From positions 1 to 41,930 of IMG/VR virus record IMGVR_UViG_3300031965_000068: 41,930 bases of DNA; one strand, given 5' to 3'. Shown in pieces: positions 33,813 through 41,930 of this stretch. The position numbers were made by a program, and so were the translations under genes. Source of the stretch: a virus. Its lineage: Duplodnaviria > Caudoviricetes. Numbering within the stretch: position 1 is the first letter of the stretch; every line of letters begins with the position of its first letter. The notes under the pieces were generated by a model. It was given only the letters and a program-made list of their open reading frames with translations, made no database searches and had not been told where the DNA came from.

Positions 33813-36791
33813 GTGGCCCTACGCGAAGAACTGATCGTCGACTTCCAGAAGGCCAACGCAGCCCTTCGAGACTTTGAGCGGTCGGCGCAGAGCGCGGTTG
33901 GTGACATCGAGCTCGACGTCGATACTCGGCAGGTCGAGCAGGCCACTCGCGAGCTGCGGACCATGGACCAGCGGCTCGACGACGTCGACGCCGGTGTCAA
34001 CGAGGTCAACGCCGAACTCTCCGAGATGGAGCTGGCCGCTCGCCGGTCGACCACCGACTTCAAGCAGTTGGCCGATGCGATGGGCGTCTCCGAGGACGAG
34101 GCCCGGCGAATGTCCCAGGAGATCCTGGAGTCATCGAACAGCGCCCGCCGGTTGGAGCAGGCAGCTCGCGAGGTGGCCGAGCAGATGGGTCTGTCCGAGG
34201 ATCAGGCGAGGGACTTCGCCCGACAGGTGCGGAGCGCCGGCGACGAGGCCGAGACCGGCCAGGACCGCTTCCGGGGGCTGAACGATCAACTGGCCAGGCT
34301 CGCCACCTTCGCCACCGTCGCCCTGGTATTCCGTGAGATCGCCCAGGGCATCCGTGAGGCGATCACCGAGGCGGCCGCCTTCGATGACGCCCTGACCGGA
34401 TCTCTGGCCATCCAGGGGGACGTGGCGGCCCTGCGGGACGACTTCCAGAGCCTCGCCTTCGAGATCTCCGAGTCGGTGCGGTTCTCGGCCACCGAGGCGG
34501 CGGAGGCGTTCTTCTTCCTGGCCTCGGCAGGACTCGACGCCGAGCAGCAGTTGGCGGCGTTGCCGGCGGTGGCCCAGTTCGCCCAGGCGGGCATGTTCGA
34601 CCTTGCCACGGCCACCGATCTCCTGACCGACGCCCAGTCGGCCCTCGGCCTGACGGTCTCGGACGCCGAGCAGAACTTCGAGAACCTAACCCGGGTGGCC
34701 GACGTCCTGGTGCGGGCCAACGTCCTCGCCAACGCCTCGGTCCAGCAGTTCTCCGAAGCCTTGACTAATCGAGCGGCCACCGCGGCCCGCCAGGTGGGGG
34801 TGGAGATCGAGGAAGTGGTGGCGGTGCTCGCCGCCTTCGCCGACCAGGGCATCAAGGGCCAGCGCGCCGGCGAGGCCATCAGCATCGTCCTGCGGGACCT
34901 ACAGAAGGCAGCCGTTGACAACGCCGAGGCGTTTTCCCAGCTCGGAGTCACGGTGTTCGACCAGGAGGGCGAGTTCGTCTCGTTCGCCGGCATCATCGGG
35001 GATCTCGAGCAGGCGCTGGCCGGGCTGTCCGACGAGCAACGGCGGGTCACGCTCACGTCGCTCGGGTTCCAGGAACAGTCGCTGGCGAACCTGAACACCC
35101 TGATCGGCACCTCGGATCAGATCCGTCGGTACGAAGCGGGCTTGCGGGCCGCGGGCGGAACCACCGAGGAAGTCGCCAACAATCAATTGCGGAGCCTGGG
35201 TGCGGCCCTCGACATCGCCGGCAACAAGGTCGACAACCTGCAGGTGCAGTTTGGGACGGCCCTCGCCCCGGCGGTGCAATTCTTCGCCGAGGACGTCCTA
35301 CCCGCCCTCCTGGACGGGCTCGCCATCGCCATCCCAAGGATCGAAGAGTTCGCAGACGCCATCGCCGGGACCGCCGCCGCCACCGACGAGGCCGGTGTGG
35401 GGTTGCAGGGGTGGACGTCGGCCGTCATCCTCACCGGCGGGATCGTGGCGGACGCCATCGGCGCCATCGGCGACGCCACCAAGGGGTTGGTCGAGCTGGT
35501 CAACGCCGACCTGGAAGGCTTCACCGACCAGTTGGCCGATCTGAACCGGCGGGCACAGAACACTCGTATCGCCTTCGGTCTGCAGGGTATCTCGACCGAT
35601 CTGGAGGCGGGCCGGGCACCGGCCGACGCCTTCGGCGAATCCCTAGCCTTCGTCTTTAGTGCCCTCGAGGATGTGAAGAATGGATCCGAGTTGACCGAGC
35701 GGTCCATCTTCCAATTCGCCTCGGCTACGGGCCTGTCGCGAGCGCAGTTGGCGGAGATTCTCCCACTGATCCTCGGCCAGGCGGAGGCGCTGGGGGCGAA
35801 CAGGGAAGAGCTCGACGCCATCCTGAGGATCACTCGGAACCTGCGGGGCTCACCACTCAACTTCGACCGGGGAGGACTGGGCCAACTGCGCCGGGACGCC
35901 GCCGCCCTGGACGACACCTTCCGGGACTTCACCGAGCCGGAGGTCATCGACCGGCTGCGTCGTGACGCCGACGATGCGGCAATCTCGGTGGCGGAGCTGG
36001 TCATCTCGTCGGAGGACCTGGCGATCGCCTTCTCCGAGGGAGTGCCGGCCATCGAGCAGGCGGTGGTCATCATCGACGGCCTGCGGACCGGAGCCATCGA
36101 GGCGGCAGACGTCATCTCCGAGACGCTGGGAGCTGCGATCACCGACGTCTCCGATGCGTTCATAGACGCCAACAAGGACAACCAGGTCTCCGGCCAGGAG
36201 TTCCTGACCGGGCTGATCCAGACCCAGTCGGATCTGATCAGGTTCCGGGCGAACATCCTGGCGCTGTCCGCAGACTTCCCAGCCCTGGCGGTGGCCCTGC
36301 TCTCCGCTGGGGCGGACACGGCGGCAACGGCGGCGGCAGACCTGGTGGCCAACATCGAACTGGCCGACGACGCCGAGAGCGTGCTGCAAGGCCAGAACGC
36401 CGAGCTGGCCCAATTGTTCGAGGACACGTTCTTTAGCGCGGTCGATCTAACCGACCTCGACGGGCCCGCCCTGCAGATGATCGAGGCGCTCGGCCGCTCG
36501 TTCGCCGATCCGACCCTCACCCCGATCCTGCAGGCGTGGGTGGATCAGCAGTTGGCCCGGCTGCGGTTCGGGTTCGGGTTCGACCTCCTGGGCGGTCCCA
36601 ATGTCGGCCTGCCCACGACGTCGACGACCTCGGGGGGCGATACGATCCCGGTCGGGCCGAACGAGGGGCTTCCGATCCAGCAGAACATCACCATCGTCAA
36701 CCCGACCACGCAGGATCTCACGTCTGACGCTCAGACCGCCGCCCAGCTTCTCGGCCAGGTCGGCTCGTCACTGGTGGGGCAGGCAGGATGA
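33813..36791 (+). CDS. tape measure protein (TP901-type core)
   Basis: 992 aa, Ala-rich; FSATEAAEA..LASAG...GIKG..AG. Confidence 0.92.
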   Translation: MALREELIVDFQKANAALRDFERSAQSAVGDIELDVDTRQVEQATRELRTMDQRLDDVDAGVNEVNAELSEMELAARRSTTDFKQLADAMGVSEDEARRMSQEILESSNSARRLEQAAREVAEQMGLSEDQARDFARQVRSAGDEAETGQDRFRGLNDQLARLATFATVALVFREIAQGIREAITEAAAFDDALTGSLAIQGDVAALRDDFQSLAFEISESVRFSATEAAEAFFFLASAGLDAEQQLAALPAVAQFAQAGMFDLATATDLLTDAQSALGLTVSDAEQNFENLTRVADVLVRANVLANASVQQFSEALTNRAATAARQVGVEIEEVVAVLAAFADQGIKGQRAGEAISIVLRDLQKAAVDNAEAFSQLGVTVFDQEGEFVSFAGIIGDLEQALAGLSDEQRRVTLTSLGFQEQSLANLNTLIGTSDQIRRYEAGLRAAGGTTEEVANNQLRSLGAALDIAGNKVDNLQVQFGTALAPAVQFFAEDVLPALLDGLAIAIPRIEEFADAIAGTAAATDEAGVGLQGWTSAVILTGGIVADAIGAIGDATKGLVELVNADLEGFTDQLADLNRRAQNTRIAFGLQGISTDLEAGRAPADAFGESLAFVFSALEDVKNGSELTERSIFQFASATGLSRAQLAEILPLILGQAEALGANREELDAILRITRNLRGSPLNFDRGGLGQLRRDAAALDDTFRDFTEPEVIDRLRRDADDAAISVAELVISSEDLAIAFSEGVPAIEQAVVIIDGLRTGAIEAADVISETLGAAITDVSDAFIDANKDNQVSGQEFLTGLIQTQSDLIRFRANILALSADFPALAVALLSAGADTAATAAADLVANIELADDAESVLQGQNAELAQLFEDTFFSAVDLTDLDGPALQMIEALGRSFADPTLTPILQAWVDQQLARLRFGFGFDLLGGPNVGLPTTSTTSGGDTIPVGPNEGLPIQQNITIVNPTTQDLTSDAQTAAQLLGQVGSSLVGQAG

Positions 36792-37642
36792 CGTGCGAGG
36801 CGCGCCTGCGTGTCGGTGGGACCGTGTCAGGTGACACGATCACGGGTGGGGTCTCGATTGAGTCCGAGGCCATCAACCTGCTGACGTGGGACCAGGTGCG
36901 GGGACTGCCGAATCGGCAGCTCGGGAACGTGGTCAACCCGAACCGCGACGGGGAGATCCCCCGGGTCGGATCACCGTCGCGGCCGGGGAAGCTGTGGCGG
37001 TCGAAGCCGGTCACACTCCAGGTTCTCGCCTGGGACCGGGACGTGAACGGGCTGATCACCTCGGGTGACGGGCGGTGCGACCACCTGGAGGGGAACCTGG
37101 ACGACGTCGGTGAGCTGCTGTTGTCGGCTGAGGATCTGATCGTCCTCGAGATGGACATGCCGGACGGCACCACCCGATGGATGGAGCTCGAGTTCTCCGG
37201 CGTGGGTATACCCGTCCTGCAGGGGCCGGTGTTCGGGTCCACCCACGCGGCATGGTCGCTGCTGGTCCCGATGATCGCCCCCTACCCGTTCTGGCAGGAC
37301 TCGGAGGAAACCGACCTGGTGGTGACGCAGGCGGGTGGATCCGAGACCCTCTCCAATACCGGGACGGCTCCGATCGGCAACGCCCAGGTGCTCTTTGCCG
37401 GCGACTCGATCCTGGAGCACACCGAGTACGGGGCGGAGCTGGAAGCGTCGGGAGTGACGACCCCGCCTCTGACGGTGGACCTGCGCGGGTCGCGAGTCCA
37501 GGTCACGGAGGGGGGAAGCATCGTCAAAGGGAAGATGCGTCGGAACAGAGCGGCATGGATGCGCTTCCCCCGCGGTAACTCCACCCTGACCGCCACCGGT
37601 GCCAACGTGACGGTCCGCTACCGGCTCCAGTGGCTGATATGA
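36788..37642 (+). CDS. minor tail protein (distal tail-like)
   Basis: Directly after TMP; A.YPFW, N.GTAP. Confidence 0.7.
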   Translation: MTCEARLRVGGTVSGDTITGGVSIESEAINLLTWDQVRGLPNRQLGNVVNPNRDGEIPRVGSPSRPGKLWRSKPVTLQVLAWDRDVNGLITSGDGRCDHLEGNLDDVGELLLSAEDLIVLEMDMPDGTTRWMELEFSGVGIPVLQGPVFGSTHAAWSLLVPMIAPYPFWQDSEETDLVVTQAGGSETLSNTGTAPIGNAQVLFAGDSILEHTEYGAELEASGVTTPPLTVDLRGSRVQVTEGGSIVKGKMRRNRAAWMRFPRGNSTLTATGANVTVRYRLQWLI

Positions 37643-40600
37643 ACGATCTGTATCTGGAGATCTGGTCCCGTCCGGGCCATGCCAGTTTCGACCGGGTGGT
37701 GGAGGATCCCGACGCCGTCACCTTTGGGGCATCGGTGCGGATCGGCCTGGGCGAGGGTCACATGACCGTCCCGGCGATGTGGGAATACCTGAACGACGCC
37801 CTGTTCGACGATCCCGCTGATCCGGCCAACAACGTGCGGACCATCGCCCGGATCTACAACGAGGTCCGCCCGGAGATCCCGATCGCCGAGTGGTTCCTGG
37901 ACGATCTGAAACCGACCGACGAGGACCCGACGTGGGAGATCGTCGGGCTCGGCATCGCCAAGATGTTCGGCTACCTGGTGGTCGAGCCCCCCGACTGGGA
38001 CGGGTCTACGGATTATGTGGCTGCGATCCCCGACTGGGTGTACGGCGGGCGGAACATCGCCGGGGACCTGACGGGCCGATACACGCCGGAGCGGGTGTCG
38101 CTCGATCTGCTCCGGACCGATGACGGGACCTACACGATCACCGTGTTCACCGATGACGGTGCCGTCATCGACACGACCGCCGCCATCGACCACGACGCCG
38201 ACAAGTTCGCCATCGACGCGGCCTTGACCGCCCTGTCGAATGTGACGTTTGTGTCGGTGGACGGGGTGGATGGCAGCTTCCGGCTCACCTTCAATGACGA
38301 GTCGACGAACACGATCATCTCGGCCAACTCGTCGAATCTGATCGGCCAGTGGCAGGTGGCGGTGGATGCGACCGGCGGGACGTTCACGATCACCGTCAAC
38401 GGTGCGACGACCGGCAACATCGCTCACAACGCCTCGGCGGATGACGTCAAGACGGCGGTGGAGGCCCTGGCCGGCGTGACCGACGTCGACGTGACCAGAA
38501 CGCAGACAGCAACGTTCAATTGGACGTTCCAGTTCATCGCCCCCGACTCGCCCACCACGTTCACGGTCGATGGGTCGCTGCTGACCGGCGGGGCCGGGAC
38601 GGCCGTCGCAACTCAGTTGGATCCGCTGGCGCAGATCACCTTGATCGAGCAGGGGAAGATCGTCCCGGCCGGCTGGGAGATCTCACGGTCCTACCTGTCG
38701 ACCATCGAGCATGGGACGGTCATCGAGTTCCGCATGTGGGAGACCGGCGACCCGGCCCTGCCTGCCGGCTGTGGCGCCGGGCAGGCGATGATGTTCAATG
38801 GGCTCGAGCCCGCATTCCCAGGCATCCAGAAGGTTCTCAACGTCACGCCGGGAGCCCTCTATCAGGTGCATGCATGGGTGACGGGCCTCAACGCCGGCGA
38901 CACCGTCCGCATGGTGATCCGCACTCTGGCCGAGCAGGAGCTCAATGGGGATGCCAGAGATGAGCAGACCATCGCTGTCTCCGGGGCGTGGCAGGAATTC
39001 TCCATCCCCGACCTGCGGATTCCCGAAGGGGTTACCCAGGTGATCTTCCGCTTCGGTCATGTCGACTCACCCGGAGTGGACCCCGGGCGGATCTTCGTGG
39101 CCTGCCCCACATTCCGGTTGGGCTTCGCCCCCGAGACATGGGGTGGGATCCTCGTCGACCAGTACGTCGCCGCCACCACCGGGGTTCCGACTCGGACTGC
39201 CGCCGGGTTCGGCCTGTGGTGGGACGAGCGGGACGTGACCGGCGTCGACCGCTACCTCGAGCTGGACTTCGACGCCACCGACGACTCGGCGGGGGTGCCG
39301 TGGATCCGCACCGAAGAGATGACGATCAAGCGGGGCCTCAACGGCATCCAACTGCTGGACGTGGGAGCGAAGATCGGATACGAGCATCGGGTCATTCCCA
39401 AGCAGCTCAAGACGGCAGATCCGGCCGACGACGGCGTGTGGCTGCTGCAGGCGTTCAATCCCGACGGCATGGACGACGGCCACCCCGGCGACGACGAGTT
39501 CCTGCTGACCGAGGCGGTGCGCCTGGGCCTCCAGTTCTACGCTCCGAGAGGCTCCAGGGTCATAGCCGAGGGCCGGGAGCAGCAGTCCTCTCGGGCGATC
39601 TCGGCGGCGGCCGAGGCCAGCATGGGGGCGATAGAGGTCTACCTGAACCAGCGGGACCTGGAGGGGGGTGGCACCCTGGCGGCGGCGGCGGCGACGGGTC
39701 TGGCCGATTCGATCCGCCGCACCAAGTCCGTCGCTCCGGTCATTCGCCCGCTTCCCGACGAGCATCAGCCGCTGATCGACTGGCTGTTACCGGGTAACAC
39801 CGAGGATCTCGAGTTCCCGCCGCTGATCCCGCGGGAGTCCCATCGGGTGCGAGAGGTGACGATCGCGGTGGACGACTTCGCTACCGAGTACCAGTTGGCG
39901 CTTGGTGCGGACTCGGCTCCGTCGAACTTCTCGACGGTGTCCAAGGCGGTCGCCTACCTGCTGAACAAACCGGACCTGATCCGGGAGGAAGGCCGGGGGC
40001 CCGGCCAACTGGGCGACGTTGCCATAGCCGCCCCGGCGACGTGCGACGAATGTCTCGCCGAGTTCCTCGGTGGTGGGCCGGGCAGGGTGGTCGATGCCGT
40101 CACGACAGTCGAATCGCCCCTTGTGGGGGACTTCGAGGCGAATCTTCCGTCATATGCGGCTGGCGATGTCGTCGTCATCATCGTCAAAGCCGACGGGGGT
40201 GAACCGACCGCGATAGCCGGGTGGTTCAGCACGCATGAGCCCACCCCGTCAGCGACCGCCGTCTACTGGAAGGAGACGACCGGCAGCGAAGGCGCGCAAC
40301 TGGTGATCCCCGGCGTCTCCATCTCGGTAGTGTCGGTCGCCGCCACCTTCCGAGGTGTCGACATCGGCACGTTCCCTCCCGACTTCTCTGCGTGGAAGTT
40401 CCATTCGACTTCTGTCACGCTCGACCCGGCGCAGGTGACGATGAGCCACGGGGATGATCTGTACGCGGTGCTCGTCCTGGTCGGCGGTATCCATGGGTCT
40501 GGTTCGGTCAATGTCATAGATCCGGGGGACTATGTGGAGCTGGGCCAAATCCAGGCTGGTCCGGGCGACTCGTCGGCCTTCATGGGGATGCGACTAGTCG

Positions 40601-41214
40601 AAGGAGTGTCCGATGATCCGCCTCCGTTCACTCACTCTCCAACCACGTCGGGCGGGTCCCTGTCGTATATCACGATGGCCCTCCGGTTCTCCATCGACGC
40701 CAGCGTTGCCCTCGCCGCGCACACCCACACTGAGGACGAAGTCGATGACATCGACAAGCTCGCTCAGAAGGCGGTTCCGGTTAACGCTGACCGTGTCAAG
40801 ATCTATGACTCGGAGGACGACGACACCTTCAAATATTCCGAGCTGGGGGACTTGCCCGGTGGCGCCGTGTCTCAACAACTGTCGTTCTTCCGGACCGGCA
40901 CACTGGAAGTCACCACGGGCGCATCAAAGTTCCCGGCCCTGTTCGACATGACCCTGATTGGGGTGCGGGCGGCGGTCGGTACCGCCCCGACAGGTGCGGA
41001 CCTGATTGTGGATGTGAACAAGAACGGCACCACTGTCTACACCACCCAGGGGAACCGTCCGACGATCAGTGACGGGAACACATCGTCAACTGAGACGGTG
41101 CCCGATGTGACGGCGGTCGCAGCCGGGGATCTACTATCGGTGGACATCGACCAGGTGGGCTCTTCGACCGAGGGTTCTGATCTGGTGGTCGCCATCGAAT
41201 TCCAGGAGGCGTAG
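37639..41214 (+). CDS. large minor tail/baseplate protein with inserted repeats and CBM-like domain
   Basis: Position; two GT(Y/F)TITV...TT..I...A..AL repeats; VTPG..Y...AW; beta-rich C-terminus. Confidence 0.8.
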   Translation: MNDLYLEIWSRPGHASFDRVVEDPDAVTFGASVRIGLGEGHMTVPAMWEYLNDALFDDPADPANNVRTIARIYNEVRPEIPIAEWFLDDLKPTDEDPTWEIVGLGIAKMFGYLVVEPPDWDGSTDYVAAIPDWVYGGRNIAGDLTGRYTPERVSLDLLRTDDGTYTITVFTDDGAVIDTTAAIDHDADKFAIDAALTALSNVTFVSVDGVDGSFRLTFNDESTNTIISANSSNLIGQWQVAVDATGGTFTITVNGATTGNIAHNASADDVKTAVEALAGVTDVDVTRTQTATFNWTFQFIAPDSPTTFTVDGSLLTGGAGTAVATQLDPLAQITLIEQGKIVPAGWEISRSYLSTIEHGTVIEFRMWETGDPALPAGCGAGQAMMFNGLEPAFPGIQKVLNVTPGALYQVHAWVTGLNAGDTVRMVIRTLAEQELNGDARDEQTIAVSGAWQEFSIPDLRIPEGVTQVIFRFGHVDSPGVDPGRIFVACPTFRLGFAPETWGGILVDQYVAATTGVPTRTAAGFGLWWDERDVTGVDRYLELDFDATDDSAGVPWIRTEEMTIKRGLNGIQLLDVGAKIGYEHRVIPKQLKTADPADDGVWLLQAFNPDGMDDGHPGDDEFLLTEAVRLGLQFYAPRGSRVIAEGREQQSSRAISAAAEASMGAIEVYLNQRDLEGGGTLAAAAATGLADSIRRTKSVAPVIRPLPDEHQPLIDWLLPGNTEDLEFPPLIPRESHRVREVTIAVDDFATEYQLALGADSAPSNFSTVSKAVAYLLNKPDLIREEGRGPGQLGDVAIAAPATCDECLAEFLGGGPGRVVDAVTTVESPLVGDFEANLPSYAAGDVVVIIVKADGGEPTAIAGWFSTHEPTPSATAVYWKETTGSEGAQLVIPGVSISVVSVAATFRGVDIGTFPPDFSAWKFHSTSVTLDPAQVTMSHGDDLYAVLVLVGGIHGSGSVNVIDPGDYVELGQIQAGPGDSSAFMGMRLVEGVSDDPPPFTHSPTTSGGSLSYITMALRFSIDASVALAAHTHTEDEVDDIDKLAQKAVPVNADRVKIYDSEDDDTFKYSELGDLPGGAVSQQLSFFRTGTLEVTTGASKFPALFDMTLIGVRAAVGTAPTGADLIVDVNKNGTTVYTTQGNRPTISDGNTSSTETVPDVTAVAAGDLLSVDIDQVGSSTEGSDLVVAIEFQEA

Positions 41215-41930
41215 ATGAGTCTGATCATGATGGAATCCTGCGACCTGCCGAGTGTGGCAGGCGCCAAATGGGATCTGATCACGACGACCAACTTCGCGCA
41301 GACCGTCGACTCCCGGACCTGTTGGACGATCGCGGACAGCCGGGATGAGGGGCTCCGCAAGAACTTCGCCGCCCAAGAGGATGACACGATCATCCTCGGG
41401 TTCCGTCACTACAAGACGGGGCTCTCCGCCACCAACAATGCCGGGTCGATCATGTCGTTCTGGGGTGACGGCGGGACAGTGCTGCATCTCACCGTCGAAA
41501 CACCCAACTCGGACGGGTCGATCGACGTGCGACGGGCCGGCACCACCATCCTCGGCACGTCGGCGGCGGGTGTCCTGTCGCTGATCGGAGCCTGGCAGTA
41601 CATCGAAGTGAAGGTGCTGATATCCGACACGGTCGGCACCGTCGACGTGGTGGTGGATGGTGTGAACGTGCTGTCTCTGACCAACCAGGACACCCGCAAC
41701 GGGGGGACAGACGCTCTCATCGATCAAGTACGGATCGGATCTCAGAACACCGCCAACAACGCGGCCACCGCCGTCCGCGACATTGTGATCATGAACGAGC
41801 AAGGGTCGTCACTCAACGACTTTCTCGGACCGGTCATTGTTGAGGCTCGTCTGGCGGACGGGGCGGGTGACAACACTGATTGGACTCCGAACACCGGGGC
41901 GAACTTCCAGGCGGTGGACGATCCGGGGGC
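41215..41930 (+). CDS. minor tail/virion protein, lectin-like beta sandwich (partial, runs off the window)
   Basis: ATG after GGAGG; open frame; W.YIEVK...G.V.V.VDG; DFLG. Confidence 0.65.
   Translation, partial: MSLIMMESCDLPSVAGAKWDLITTTNFAQTVDSRTCWTIADSRDEGLRKNFAAQEDDTIILGFRHYKTGLSATNNAGSIMSFWGDGGTVLHLTVETPNSDGSIDVRRAGTTILGTSAAGVLSLIGAWQYIEVKVLISDTVGTVDVVVDGVNVLSLTNQDTRNGGTDALIDQVRIGSQNTANNAATAVRDIVIMNEQGSSLNDFLGPVIVEARLADGAGDNTDWTPNTGANFQAVDDPG

Noticed and set aside
1-41930. Long minus-strand ORFs (e.g. 20013-21593, 28795-31254, 35183-36520)
   Set aside because: Antisense shadows of high-GC + strand genes; no motifs, RBS or operon logic
1-41930. Genome-wide TGA reassignment
   Set aside because: TGA is the normal stop in dozens of ATGA/TGATG-coupled genes; only the 15189 TGA looks recoded

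Overview
A 41.9 kb high-GC segment of a tailed (siphovirus-type) phage, probably actinobacterial, with essentially all genes on the + strand. In order, it contains: many small accessory genes; three ParB-domain genes; a DNA-modification-like locus (DUF488-SWIM, tRNA-Gly, adenine-MTase-like/GNAT-like fusion, ParB, TerS); a large terminase split into two genes 2.4 kb apart; a mycobacteriophage cluster-B-like head module (portal-MuF, protease, two capsid proteins) interrupted by a glycan-tailoring enzyme cluster; and a tail module running off the right end. Two repeated promoter classes are visible: early-type ACTACTTGACGC...GTAGGG...AAGGAG (6 copies) and late-type TGAG-N4-GGTANNNT (6 copies). 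Highlights: (1) an atypical tRNA-Gly abutting the start codon of the MTase/GNAT-like gene, a candidate aminoacyl-tRNA-dependent DNA modification system; (2) a structured intergenic RNA with segments complementary to the conserved leader of all early-type promoters; (3) a small gene with an in-frame UGA followed by a bSECIS-like hairpin, a candidate phage selenoprotein; (4) a free-standing mini copy of the tape-measure core. All family calls come from motif recognition by eye; no database searches were run.
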